Source: Clostridia bacterium
GTDB lineage: Bacteria > Bacillota > Clostridia > Oscillospirales > CAG-272
Length of the DNA stretch: 64,000 nt
Reading direction: 5' to 3'
Assembly (NCBI GenBank): GCA_017415485.1
Contig: JAFQGP010000009.1
Location: forward strand, 9,305 to 73,304
A model generated the notes under the pieces. That model was not told the DNA's origin, searched no databases, and worked only from the letters and a program-made list of their open reading frames with translations. The first letter of the stretch is position 1. Every line of letters begins with the position of its first letter. This document shows, piece by piece, positions 33,266-42,858 of the stretch. Both the position numbers and the translations under genes were made by a program.

Positions 33266-34818
33266 TCTCCCAGCGCATTCGCAAGACCCTTGTTGAGGTC
33301 TGCAAGGTTCTTCTTGAGCGCGTTGGTCTGCTGCTTGCCGGCGGTGGACCAGGATGCGCCGTCGAGGGCTGCGCGGAGAGGCTTTTCGCTGATGTAGTTC
33401 ATTTCGGCAGCGAAGAATCTGCCGAGGTCGAAGGAGATGTTTTCGCGGATGATGTCAAACATACGCGCGCCGTCGCCCTTGTTGGAGGAGTCGGGGGTGT
33501 ATCTGTACTTCATGTTGTTCTCAAAGAGAGCGGGAGAGGTCTTGCGGTAGCCCTCGGAGCCCATAACTTCCATAACCGCGGTGCTCATAGAAGCGTTGCG
33601 CGCGCCTCTCATAACACACCAAAGTGTGAAGGGGTTACCGATAAGGGTGATGTAATCCTCCTGATCTGCATCGTAGAGGGGATTGGGGATGATTCCGTAT
33701 TCCCAGTCTGCATTGCGGAGCTTGCCGCCGCCGTACTGTGCATCCGCAACGTAAACGCGGTTCTGGGTGAAGAGTGCGCGACCCTCAGCAAATACAAGGT
33801 CGTTGGGGAGCTTGCCGCCGGGAGGGTTGATGAAGGTGTCGCCAAGTTTGAACCAGGAGCCGAGCTTGTCAACAAGGTCGATGGTCTTCTGGCTGAGGTA
33901 GTCGTCGGAGATCTTGAGCACCTTTCCGTCAGTTGCGGGCTCAAGGAGCTTCATGCCGGAGCCGGAGTAGAATGCCTCAAGGTGGAAGTAGTTGGAGCAG
34001 AAGCCGTAACGGTCGTTGTCGCTTCTGTCCTGGGAGGAGTCAAGGTCGAGGTAGACGTCGGTGGTCATCTTGATGAGCGCGTCGATCGTCCAGGTCTTTT
34101 CGTCAACCATCTTCACGGGATCATCAAGACCGAGATCCTTGAGCATATCCATGTTGTAATAGATAGCGTACATCATGTGGAGAAGGTTGGTCGAGATGTC
34201 GCCCGAAACGAAGAAGAGGGAATCCTTGATCGAGCAGGTCTCAAGCATAGCCTCGGGCCACCAGGGCATATCGAGGTCGAGATGGCTGTCCTCAACGTCA
34301 TTGAGGTCCTCGAGAAGTCCGCTTGCGGAAAGCGATGCCGCTGTTCTCGAGTAGGTCGCGATGATGTCATAGTAGGTTCCTGCGTTGAAGGCGTTCTGAA
34401 CGTAGTTTACGAATGCCTTGAGGTCATTCGAATCGCCAGCCTGTTCGGTCCACTCAAGGGTCACGCCAAGGCGCGCCTCGGTTGCGATGTTGCGCTCGTA
34501 GATAGCGTCCTTGACAAGGTCAAGTCCGGTCTCGCTTTCAAGAACTTCAAATTCGGGGCGCTCAACGTCCTCCCAGCAGAGGATGCTGATCTTTTCGCCG
34601 GTGTATTTAACGTCATCGGGGAGCTTGGATTTAAGGTATCCGTCGTCATCATAATTAGGGTCTTTTGTAACCTCGGGCTCGGTCTCAACTATGGGAGCCT
34701 CGGTTCCCGCGATAGCTTCTGTGGTTTCCGCTTCGGTTCCCGTTTCAGCACAAGACGCAAAGAGGGAAAGAACCATAACGAGAGCACAGAAAAGAGAAAT
34801 GATCTTTGTGATCTTCAT
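33262..34818 (-). CDS. SBP-like lipoprotein, paralogue 2
   Basis: I prefer the ATG at 34818 (MKITKIISLFCALVMVLSLFASC lipobox). Homologous to paralogues 1 and 3 throughout. Confidence 0.8.
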   Translation of the reverse strand: MKITKIISLFCALVMVLSLFASCAETGTEAETTEAIAGTEAPIVETEPEVTKDPNYDDDGYLKSKLPDDVKYTGEKISILCWEDVERPEFEVLESETGLDLVKDAIYERNIATEARLGVTLEWTEQAGDSNDLKAFVNYVQNAFNAGTYYDIIATYSRTAASLSASGLLEDLNDVEDSHLDLDMPWWPEAMLETCSIKDSLFFVSGDISTNLLHMMYAIYYNMDMLKDLGLDDPVKMVDEKTWTIDALIKMTTDVYLDLDSSQDRSDNDRYGFCSNYFHLEAFYSGSGMKLLEPATDGKVLKISDDYLSQKTIDLVDKLGSWFKLGDTFINPPGGKLPNDLVFAEGRALFTQNRVYVADAQYGGGKLRNADWEYGIIPNPLYDADQEDYITLIGNPFTLWCVMRGARNASMSTAVMEVMGSEGYRKTSPALFENNMKYRYTPDSSNKGDGARMFDIIRENISFDLGRFFAAEMNYISEKPLRAALDGASWSTAGKQQTNALKKNLADLNKGLANALGE

Positions 34819-34891
34819 CTTGAAATTCTCCTTCAAAAATTTTATTTCATCATATTTTACCATATTTTGCGTAATAATTCAAGACGAAAAT

Positions 34892-34938
34892 GAAAAAATC
34901 TCGGATATTAAGAAGCGCACTTCAAAATATCCGAGATT
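34892..34938 (-). terminator. intrinsic terminator of SBP paralogue 3 (CTCGGATAT family)
   Basis: Minus strand: ATCTCGGATATT, 16-nt loop, AATATCCGAGAT, then TTTTTT. Confidence 0.75.
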
Positions 34939-34984
34939 ACATTTAATCGTTATTATTCAGATCTGAACAAAATTACCGGTCGCG

Positions 34985-35007
34985 CCTTTCTGTTCACTAA
35001 TCACTGA
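34985..35007. repeat. partial heptamer arm (remnant)
   Basis: CCTTTCTGTTCACTAATCACTGA resembles the HIR-6 right arm CATCTTTCTGTTCACTGTCCACTGA. No partner arm is present. Confidence 0.6.
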
Positions 35008-35009
35008 AA

Positions 35010-36569
35010 TCAGTCAACGATCTTCTCAAGCGACTTATTGAGCGAGTTCATAGCTCTGGTGAGAGCTACCTTCTGCTGTTTCATGATGGTTGCCCAGCTG
35101 GAGCCGTTTGCTGCAGCGTCGGAGGGCATCTCGCTCATGTAGGAAAGGCTGTTGGAGAAGAGACGGCCAAGGTCAAAGTTGATGTTTTCGCGGATGATGT
35201 CGAACATACGCGCGGAGTCACCCTTACCTGCGGAGTCGGGAGTGTATCTGTACTTCATATTGTTCTCAAAGAGAGCGGGCGAGGTCTTGCGGTAAGCCTC
35301 GGAAGCGAAGCATTCGATAACAGCGGTGCTCATCTTGGGATCCTTTGCGCCGTTCATAACCGACCAAAGAGAAATGGGGTTGCCGAGAAGGGTGATGTAC
35401 TCTTCCTGTTCGGAGGTGTAAAGGGGAGTGGGAAGGATGCCGAATTCCCAGTCAACGTCACGAAGGGGACCTGTGCCGCCCGCATACTGTGCGTCTGCCA
35501 TGTAAACACGATTCTGGATGAATACACATTTGCCTTCCTGGAAGGGAATATCCTCGTCGAAGCTGTCGCCGCGGCGGGAAACGTAGCAGTCGCCCTGCTT
35601 GAACCAAGCACCGAGCTTGTCTGCAAGGTCGATAGCCTTCTGGCTGTAGAAGTCGTCGGAGATCTTGAGGATTCCCTCGGGATCGTCATCAACAAGGCGG
35701 AGACCCGAGCCGGAGTAGAATGCGTCGAGGTGGAAGTAGGAGGAAGAGAAGCCGTACTGGTCGCCCTCGGACTTGTCGCCCGACTGATCGGCATCAACGT
35801 AAAGACCGCTGCTCAATTCGATGAGCTTGTCAACGGTCCAGGTCTTGTTGTCAACAAGAGCAACGGGATCCTCGAGATTGAGATTCTTGAGAAGGTCCAT
35901 ATTGTAATAGATCGCGTACATGAAGTGAAGGATGTTGGTCGAGATGTCGCCCGAGATGAAGAAGAGCGAATCGTCGATCGAACAGGTGTCCACCATGCAC
36001 TTGGGCCACCAGGGCTGCTCAAAGTTGAGGTAGCTGTCTTCGATGGTGTTAAGGTCCTGAAGGTGTCCGTTTACGCAAAGCATAGCGGATGTTCTGGAGT
36101 ATGTAGAGATGATGTCATAGAAGGTGCCGCCGGAGTAGCAGTTGGTAACGTAGTTTGCAAAGTTTGCGCGCTGTCCGTTGTCGCCCTCAACGCCGGTCCA
36201 CTCAAGGGTAACGCCCATGCGGTCCTCAACTGCGAGGTTACGGTTGTAGATAGCGTCCTTGACCATATCGGTGCCGGTCTCTTCTTCAAGGATCTCGTAT
36301 TCGGGACGCTCAACGTCGGACCAGTAAAGAATGGAAACAACTTCGCCCTTGTAGTCGATCTCGTCTGCAAGGTCGTCCTTCCAGAAGCCGTCCTTGTCGT
36401 ATTTATCTGCATTGGGATCAACAACTACGGTGTCGTTGGGTGTAGCCTGGGTCTGAGCATTGTTCGCCGTGGTCTCCTCACCGCCCTGCGTATTTGCGCA
36501 AGAAGCAAAAGCGGGAACCAACAGAAGAACAGCACAGATCAGAGAAATGATTCTTGCAAATTTTTTCAT
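35010..36569 (-). CDS. SBP-like lipoprotein, paralogue 3
   Basis: Lipobox LVPAFASC. The post-lipobox segment CANTQGGEETTANNAQTQATP is almost the same as in paralogue 1. Confidence 0.8.
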   Translation of the reverse strand: MKKFARIISLICAVLLLVPAFASCANTQGGEETTANNAQTQATPNDTVVVDPNADKYDKDGFWKDDLADEIDYKGEVVSILYWSDVERPEYEILEEETGTDMVKDAIYNRNLAVEDRMGVTLEWTGVEGDNGQRANFANYVTNCYSGGTFYDIISTYSRTSAMLCVNGHLQDLNTIEDSYLNFEQPWWPKCMVDTCSIDDSLFFISGDISTNILHFMYAIYYNMDLLKNLNLEDPVALVDNKTWTVDKLIELSSGLYVDADQSGDKSEGDQYGFSSSYFHLDAFYSGSGLRLVDDDPEGILKISDDFYSQKAIDLADKLGAWFKQGDCYVSRRGDSFDEDIPFQEGKCVFIQNRVYMADAQYAGGTGPLRDVDWEFGILPTPLYTSEQEEYITLLGNPISLWSVMNGAKDPKMSTAVIECFASEAYRKTSPALFENNMKYRYTPDSAGKGDSARMFDIIRENINFDLGRLFSNSLSYMSEMPSDAAANGSSWATIMKQQKVALTRAMNSLNKSLEKIVD

Positions 36570-36755
36570 GGTTTGCTCCTTTATATTTTATTTCACTCTA
36601 TATTTTATCACAATCGGATATATTTGTCAATCGCATTATAAACAAAACTGATTTGGCTAAAGTGTGCATTCTGCACAAAAGCCGGAAACTCAATTATAAT
36701 ATTATAATAAAAGATAAAAAATTGTGAACGGATTCTAAAACTTCGGGGAAAAGCC

Positions 36756-36784
36756 TTTACTTTTTTAAGTAATTGTGGTATAAT
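36756..36784 (+). promoter_or_regulatory. promoter with extended -10 for rpsO
   Basis: TTTACT (36756-36761), 17-nt spacer, TGgTATAAT (TATAAT at 36779-36784). Predicts a leader of about 100 nt. Confidence 0.55.
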
Positions 36785-36890
36785 TCTATTCGAATGACGC
36801 CGGCTCGGTTTTCGGACAAAGGCACCAAGTGCACTTCACCCACCGATCGCTGTGCCCGCGCATAATATTATTTCATATGAGGTGAAAATT

Positions 36891-37154
36891 ATGACCAAAG
36901 CTGAAAAGCAGGCAATCATCGCCGAGTACGCAACTTGCGAAGGCGATACCGGATCCCCCGAGGTACAGATCGCGATTCTTACCCACAGAATCAACTCGCT
37001 CAACGAGCACCTTAAGGTTAACACCCACGACAACCACAGCCGTCGCGGACTCCTTAAGATGGTTGGACGCAGAAGAAATCTCCTCAAGTATCTGATGAAC
37101 GTTGATATCGAGCGCTACCGTTCGATCATCGCAAGACTCGACATCAGAAAGTAA
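36891..37154 (+). CDS. rpsO: 30S ribosomal protein S15
   Basis: [62 protein letters not shown]. The ATG at 36891 follows GAGGTGA. Confidence 0.96.
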   Translation: MTKAEKQAIIAEYATCEGDTGSPEVQIAILTHRINSLNEHLKVNTHDNHSRRGLLKMVGRRRNLLKYLMNVDIERYRSIIARLDIRK

Positions 37155-37160
37155 TACGGA

Positions 37161-37206
37161 TGGGGCAAGGAGGACGGTCGCGATTTTCGTGCCGCCCCTT
37201 GCCCCA
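37161..37206 (+). terminator. GC-rich stem-loop after rpsO (attenuator or processing hairpin; no U-tract)
   Basis: TGGGGCAAGG..CCTTGCCCCA with a 26-nt loop, followed by AATG rather than a T-run. Confidence 0.35.
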
Positions 37207-37218
37207 AATGTATTCTAC

Positions 37219-37368
37219 AAGTGAAAAGTGAAAAGTGAAGAGTGAAAAGTGAAAAGTTGAGGTGAACGGCTCTGACGGTTTTCCTTGGAAAACGGCGGTG
37301 TTCAGCCGCCGAGACAGAGTCGAAATTTGCCGAAGGCAAATACTTCCTCGCGGAGCTCGGAAATTTTC
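37219..37368. repeat. heptamer arm (GTGAAAA x5, solo) plus hairpin chain
   Basis: GTGAAAA GTGAAAA GTGAAGA GTGAAAA GTGAAAA GTTGAGG (37221-37262), then GGTTTTCC-TTGG-AAAACGG, GGCGGTGTTCAGCCGCC, TTTGCC-GAA-GGCAAA and CTCGGAAATTTTC. Confidence 0.88.
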
Positions 37369-37499
37369 ATTTTATTTTTAAACTAACGTCCGCAAAAGGA
37401 TTAGCAGTTAACATCGCGCACAAGATGGGATTGCGCGTAATGTTAAGTGCTAAACCGTGAGCGGATGATGAATATTAAATTTTTTGGAGGTACAAAATT

Positions 37500-39611
37500 A
37501 TGTACGAGATCAAAAGTTCCGCTAAGGTATTTGACCAGCACAGAGTGTTCCATTACACACTCGCAGGCCGTCCCCTTGTCGTTGAGACCGGCAAGCTTGC
37601 AGGCCTTGCAAACGGCGCGTGCCTTGTAAGATACGGTGAGACATCCGTTCTCTGCACCGCGACCGCATCCGAAAAGCCCCGCGAGGGCATCGACTTCCTT
37701 CCCCTCTCGGTAGACCTTGAGGAAAGAATGTATTCCGCAGGTAAGATCCCCGGCGGTTATCTCAAGAGAGAAGGCAAGCCCAGCGAAAAGGCAGTTCTCA
37801 CTTCCCGCGTTATCGACCGTCCCGTTCGTCCTCTCTTCCCGAAGGACCTTCGCAACGACGTTGCCCTCACCCTCACCGTTATGTCCGTTGACTATGACTG
37901 TGAGCCCGAGGTAGTTGCTATGATCGGCGCGTCCATCGCTCTTTCCATCTCCGACATTCCGTGGAACGGTCCTCTCGGCGGTCTCCACATCGGTCTTTGC
38001 GATGGCAAGCTCGTGATCAACCCCACCGAGGCACAGAGAAAGGTCTCCGACCTTGAGCTCACCGTTGCCGCTTCCCGCGAAAAGGTCGTTATGATCGAGG
38101 CAGGAGCAAACGAGGTTCCCGATGACGTTATGTACGATGCAATCATGCTTGCACACGAGGAGATCAAGCGCTTCCTCGACTTCGTTGACGCTATCGTCGA
38201 CGAGATCGGCAAGCCCAAGTTCGAGTATCCTTCGGGCGAGCTCGATCACGATATGTTCGACAAGATCTTCGCATTCTGCGAGAAGGATCTTATGAACGCA
38301 CTTGACACCGATGACAAGAACGTTCGCGATGCAAGAATGGTTCCGATCACCGATGCTATCCTTGAGAAGTTCTCCGAGGAGTATCCCGATCTTCCCGTTC
38401 AGATGCCCGAGCTCGTTTACAAGATGCAGAAGAAGGTCGTTCGCCGCTGGCTCCTCGAGGACGGCAAGCGTGTTGACGGCCGTGCAATGAACGAGATCAG
38501 GCCTCTCGCTGCAGAGGTTGGTATGTTCCCCAGAGTTCACGGTTCGGGTATGTTCACCAGAGGCCAGACTCAGGTCATCACTTTCGCAACTCTCGGCACT
38601 CTCGCTGAGGTTCAGATGCTCGACGGTATCGATAACGAGACCGAAAAGAGATATATGCACCACTACAATATGCCCGGCTTCTCCACCGGTGAGGCAAAGG
38701 CATCCCGTACTCCCGGTCGTCGTGAGATCGGTCACGGTGCACTCGCAGAGCGTTCGCTCGTTCCCGTTCTTCCTTCCGCTGAGGAATTCCCCTATGCTAT
38801 CCGTCTTGTTTCCGAGGTGGTTTCCTCCAACGGTTCGACCTCTCAGGCATCCGTTTGCGGTTCTACTCTTGCTCTTATGGACGCAGGCGTTCCGATCAAG
38901 GCTCCCGTTGCAGGTATCTCCTGCGGTCTTATCACCGAGGGTGAGCGTTGGATGACCATGATCGACATCCAGGGTGTTGAGGACTTCTACGGCGATATGG
39001 ACTTCAAAGTTGCAGGTACTCACAAGGGTATCACCTCCATTCAGATGGACCTCAAGATCGACGGTCTTACTCCCGCGATCATCAAGGAAGCTCTCGAGTC
39101 CACTCACGCAGGCCGTGACTACATCATCGACAACGTAATTCTCAAGGCTATCGACGCTCCTCGCGCCGAGGTCAACGAGTATGCTCCCAAGATGATGACC
39201 GTCAAGATCGATCCCGACAAGATCCGCGAAGTTATCGGTAAGGGCGGCTCCGTAATCCAGAAGATCACCGCTGACACCGGCGCAAAGATCGATATCGAGG
39301 ATGACGGCACCGTTTACATCGCAGCAGTTAACCGCGCATCCGCTGACGCAGCCAAGGCTGTTATCGACGCTATCTGCTTCGAACCCGAGGTTGGCGCTGT
39401 TTACACCGGTAAGGTAACCGGCATCAAGGAGTTCGGCTGCTTCGTTGAGTATGCTCCCGGCAAGGAGGGCATGGTTCACATCTCCAAGATCGCTGACAAG
39501 CGTATCGACAAGGTAGAGGACGTTCTCTCCCTCGGCGACACCGTTAAGGTCAAGTATATCGGCCTTGACAAGAAGGGCAGAATGGACTTCTCCATTAAGG
39601 ACGCAAAATAA
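37500..39611 (+). CDS. pnp: polyribonucleotide nucleotidyltransferase (PNPase)
   Basis: Two RNase PH domains, a KH domain (IGKGGSVIQKI) and an S1 domain (GKVTGIKEFGCFVEY). Confidence 0.97.
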   Translation: MYEIKSSAKVFDQHRVFHYTLAGRPLVVETGKLAGLANGACLVRYGETSVLCTATASEKPREGIDFLPLSVDLEERMYSAGKIPGGYLKREGKPSEKAVLTSRVIDRPVRPLFPKDLRNDVALTLTVMSVDYDCEPEVVAMIGASIALSISDIPWNGPLGGLHIGLCDGKLVINPTEAQRKVSDLELTVAASREKVVMIEAGANEVPDDVMYDAIMLAHEEIKRFLDFVDAIVDEIGKPKFEYPSGELDHDMFDKIFAFCEKDLMNALDTDDKNVRDARMVPITDAILEKFSEEYPDLPVQMPELVYKMQKKVVRRWLLEDGKRVDGRAMNEIRPLAAEVGMFPRVHGSGMFTRGQTQVITFATLGTLAEVQMLDGIDNETEKRYMHHYNMPGFSTGEAKASRTPGRREIGHGALAERSLVPVLPSAEEFPYAIRLVSEVVSSNGSTSQASVCGSTLALMDAGVPIKAPVAGISCGLITEGERWMTMIDIQGVEDFYGDMDFKVAGTHKGITSIQMDLKIDGLTPAIIKEALESTHAGRDYIIDNVILKAIDAPRAEVNEYAPKMMTVKIDPDKIREVIGKGGSVIQKITADTGAKIDIEDDGTVYIAAVNRASADAAKAVIDAICFEPEVGAVYTGKVTGIKEFGCFVEYAPGKEGMVHISKIADKRIDKVEDVLSLGDTVKVKYIGLDKKGRMDFSIKDAK

Positions 39612-39736
39612 TTAGCGCAAGTTAATATTCACTTCGAGAGAAGGGGAAAGAGTCTTTGCAATCGATAAATGAAAGTTTTCGGGCGCACCCTGAGGACATC
39701 CCCTTCTCTTTGCTTATCTCTCGAAAGGAGACCGCA

Positions 39737-41275
39737 ATGAACAACAACACCAATCAGAAATCGAATACCAAACAGTATTCAACGACAAGATACACTCCCC
39801 GCCGCGACCGCGGAAGAAGACACAATCAGAACAAGATGGTCTTTTTCGTTCTTCTGGCGCTGCTCATCATAGCTCTTATCGTGGCGATCTCGCTTGTCAT
39901 TGCCGATCTTATCGGCTCTGCGGGCGCAGATACGACCGAGGGCTCCGAGGGCGAGGGCACCCGTGCTCCCGGCTTCGTCTCGGAGGGTCACGCAATGTCG
40001 AATGCATACGATGGCAAGTCCGATACCTATATGCTTTCGGTGACCAATCAGAGTGCCGGCTCCTTCTTCAGCTGTGAATTTGAAAATCAGGCGGACGTCG
40101 GACAGATCGTTTTCGCATCCACAGAGGAGGAATACTATATCCGAGGCTGTGAGATCCAGCTCAAGGTTGACGGCGAATGGAAGTCCGTGGCTCAGCATTC
40201 GAGCACGGAGGAGAAGACCTACGCCATCAGCGCGGCTACCTTCAACGCAACCGCGGTAAGGATCCTTCTGACCGCAGACGCAGATGCTCTTTGGGCGATC
40301 AACGAGCTCAGCCTTGCCGATAAGGCCGGCAACCCCATCGTTCTCCGCTCCCCCTCCGCAGGCACCAATACTACACCTGTTAATCCCGACGTGACCACCA
40401 ATCAAGCGGAAGTCACAACCACTCCCGGCGGAGTTGAAACGACCGCTCCATCCGGAAGCACCACCATCCCTCAGGTTACCGGCTACACCACGATTCAGAT
40501 AAGCAACGAAAGCCTCTACACGGGCTCGCTCATCCTTGTAAATTCGCAGTATGCCTACCGCTTCCCCGCTTCGACGGCAAGCCTGCTCAACGTGTATAAC
40601 GAGTATTACGCAAACGATTACCATTGCAACTACTTTGTTGACAGCGCGGTTCAGCTCGAGGCTGTTGCGGCTCGTGCGGTTCTTCAGATGGCAAACGCCC
40701 TCTTCACCGAAACGGGGCTCAACAACCTCCAGGTCGGAACCGGCTACCGCACCTATGAGACCCAGCAGGATCTTTCGTCCCGCTACCCCGCAACTGCGGC
40801 TCTTCCCGGCTACAGCGAGCACCACACCGGTCTCGGCATCGACCTTCAGGTATGGGATAAGGATAAGAAGGTGACCTACGTCCTCGACGACGCAAATCAG
40901 ACCTGCATGTCCATCCTTGCCTGGATGAATTCGAATGCTTACAAGCACGGCTTCGTCCGCCGCTTCGCACCCGATAAGGATGCGATCACGGGTATCGCCT
41001 CCGACCGTTGGCATTACAGATACGTTGGCGTGCCCCACGCTTACTATATGATGACCAACAACCTCTGCCTTGAGGAATATCTTGCGGCGCTTGAAAATTG
41101 CACCTACGAGGGCAACCATCTCCTTTTCGACGTCGACGGCAAGAGCTACGAGATCTATTTCGTAGCGGCTGAAAACGGCGCGACGACCACACTCCCCGTG
41201 CCGAACGATCCCACCATTTATACAGTTTCGGGTAACAATTACAGCGGTTATATCGTAACCATCACCCGCGGCTGA
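39737..41275 (+). CDS. M15B (VanY-type) D-Ala-D-Ala carboxypeptidase with N-terminal TM anchor and a discoidin/F5-8-type-C-like domain
   Basis: SEHHTGLGIDL and DRWHYRYVG motifs, a TM helix (VFFVLLALLIIALIVAISLVIADLI), and a beta-sandwich-like insert (IVFAS..IRGCEIQLKVDGEWKSV..AVRILL). The ATG at 39737 follows AAAGGAG. Confidence 0.82.
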   Translation: MNNNTNQKSNTKQYSTTRYTPRRDRGRRHNQNKMVFFVLLALLIIALIVAISLVIADLIGSAGADTTEGSEGEGTRAPGFVSEGHAMSNAYDGKSDTYMLSVTNQSAGSFFSCEFENQADVGQIVFASTEEEYYIRGCEIQLKVDGEWKSVAQHSSTEEKTYAISAATFNATAVRILLTADADALWAINELSLADKAGNPIVLRSPSAGTNTTPVNPDVTTNQAEVTTTPGGVETTAPSGSTTIPQVTGYTTIQISNESLYTGSLILVNSQYAYRFPASTASLLNVYNEYYANDYHCNYFVDSAVQLEAVAARAVLQMANALFTETGLNNLQVGTGYRTYETQQDLSSRYPATAALPGYSEHHTGLGIDLQVWDKDKKVTYVLDDANQTCMSILAWMNSNAYKHGFVRRFAPDKDAITGIASDRWHYRYVGVPHAYYMMTNNLCLEEYLAALENCTYEGNHLLFDVDGKSYEIYFVAAENGATTTLPVPNDPTIYTVSGNNYSGYIVTITRG

Positions 41276-41298
41276 TCGCAAAGAACAACTATATTCCA

Positions 41299-42831
41299 AT
41301 GAAATTGAAATTTATATCCCGCTCCGCAAGGAGTGCGGCGCTCTTGATCGTCCTTGCTTTGATGATCTCGGCGCTCTCCTCCTGCGGAATAATAATCATC
41401 AACAAACCCGAGACCGAGCCGCCCGCCACCACGGTGACGCCCGATTCCGAGCAGTCGCCCGAGCAAAGCGGAGTTGCCACCGAGTCTCCGGAAACCACGG
41501 AGGAGCCCCTCGAGACCGAGGCCCCCGACGTGGAGACCGAGCCTCCCAAGCAGATCGACTTTCCCTCAAGGATCGAGGAGGCAGAGCAAAGACTCGATGG
41601 GCTCGGCGAATCGATCAAGATCTCTGATTTCCATCTGATCTACGCTGCGGCGGATAATACCGTGGACGTCATCTTCTCGGAGGAGGATTCCCCGCTTTAC
41701 GCGGCAAGGGTCAAGAGAAACGCAATGGTAGAGGAAAAATATTCCTCGATCGTGCGTACAATATATGAGGGCAAGGTCACAAGCGACAAGCTTTATGAGG
41801 ACGTCCGCGTGGCGGTATCATCGGGTAACGCGACCGACTATTATCTCGATCTGCTCGTTCTCACCGCCGCCGATGCCTGCAAGTTCCTTTCAAAGGGACT
41901 TCTCAAGGATATGCGTTCGCTTCCTTTTTATGATGTGAACCTCGGCCCGAGAGGCGGAAACGTCGGTCAGACACGTTATTTTGACCTCGGCGCGGGCGCG
42001 GATGCCCCCGAGGAGCTTTGCGCGATCTATTTCAACCGCACTCTTGTCGGCGCAGAGAACGAAAAAATGCTTTTTGAAGCCTCTCTTGAAGGCAAAATGA
42101 GCTGGGAGCTGCTTTGCACGGTTTCCGCTTCAATCTCTGATCGCGCCGCGGATATGGCGGTAAAGAATGGGGAAAACACCCTCCCCGGTGAGCTTGCCGC
42201 ATACCTTTCTGGCATCGAATATGTTTCGCAGAGTGCCGCGGGTGTGCCCAAGATCACGGTTTCCGACAGCACCGCGCTTGAGATCGATGCGCTGATCGAA
42301 TCTATCTCGAAGCTCAGCTTTTATACCCCCGCGGAGGGCGGCGCTTCGTCCCGCGATAAATTCCTCGAGGGCAAGATCCCCTTCTACCTCGGAACACTCT
42401 CGGAAATGAGCGAGTTTTACGATGATCCCGTCGAATGGGGACTTCTCACGCTCCCGTCCGATAAGGATCTCGGCGCATTCTCCGAAAACCGTCCCGTGCT
42501 CTGCATTCCCGCAACCAATACCCGCCTTGAACAGACCAGCATCTGGCTTACCGCGCTGAATGCCGCTTCGGGCGATTGGATCAGGGATCAGTACCTGCTG
42601 ATCTCGCTTGAAAACCACATCCGCGACAACAATTCCTGCCTCGTTCTGAATAAGATCCTCTCGCAGAAAGCGGAATCCGCCTTCGAGCGCGTATTTGCAG
42701 GATATTATGAAGGACTTAAGGACGCCACCTACGGTGCTGCGGGCAAGGCTCTCACCGGCGGAGATAAATTTTCCGCAGTCCTTGCAAAAAATATCACGTC
42801 TATAAACAAAAAGCTTGCGAAGCTCCCATAA
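41299..42831 (+). CDS. divergent SBP-like lipoprotein (paralogue 4)
   Basis: Lipobox ISALSSC and a Pro/Glu/Thr linker. Has weak but colinear similarity to the SBP-like family (ARVKRNAMVEEKY.., YYLDLLVLT..). Confidence 0.65.
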   Translation: MKLKFISRSARSAALLIVLALMISALSSCGIIIINKPETEPPATTVTPDSEQSPEQSGVATESPETTEEPLETEAPDVETEPPKQIDFPSRIEEAEQRLDGLGESIKISDFHLIYAAADNTVDVIFSEEDSPLYAARVKRNAMVEEKYSSIVRTIYEGKVTSDKLYEDVRVAVSSGNATDYYLDLLVLTAADACKFLSKGLLKDMRSLPFYDVNLGPRGGNVGQTRYFDLGAGADAPEELCAIYFNRTLVGAENEKMLFEASLEGKMSWELLCTVSASISDRAADMAVKNGENTLPGELAAYLSGIEYVSQSAAGVPKITVSDSTALEIDALIESISKLSFYTPAEGGASSRDKFLEGKIPFYLGTLSEMSEFYDDPVEWGLLTLPSDKDLGAFSENRPVLCIPATNTRLEQTSIWLTALNAASGDWIRDQYLLISLENHIRDNNSCLVLNKILSQKAESAFERVFAGYYEGLKDATYGAAGKALTGGDKFSAVLAKNITSINKKLAKLP

Positions 42832-42858
42832 AATAACATTTTGAAAGGAATCAACATC

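Noticed and set aside
37443-39479. Very long ORFs antisense to recognisable genes. Examples: 37443..39479(-) opposite pnp; 53113..55323(-) opposite nrdD; 2511..3764(+) opposite rsgA; 16091..17338(+) opposite yicC/remA; 19345..20736(-) opposite the sulfatase; 39779..41299(-), 43135..44250(-), 47100..48200(-), 61437..62564(+), 25316..26347(-), 26417..27448(-), 30314..31273(+), 31925..32944(+), 33982..34893(+), 35730..36641(+), 4836..5903(+), 6171..7031(+), 48634..49533(+) and 22546..23382(-).
   Set aside because: The opposite strand carries clear family motifs in every case. The antisense translations are low-complexity (rich in Arg, Gly, Ala, Val and Asp) with no motifs. This is typical of shadow ORFs in genes with GC-rich third codon positions.
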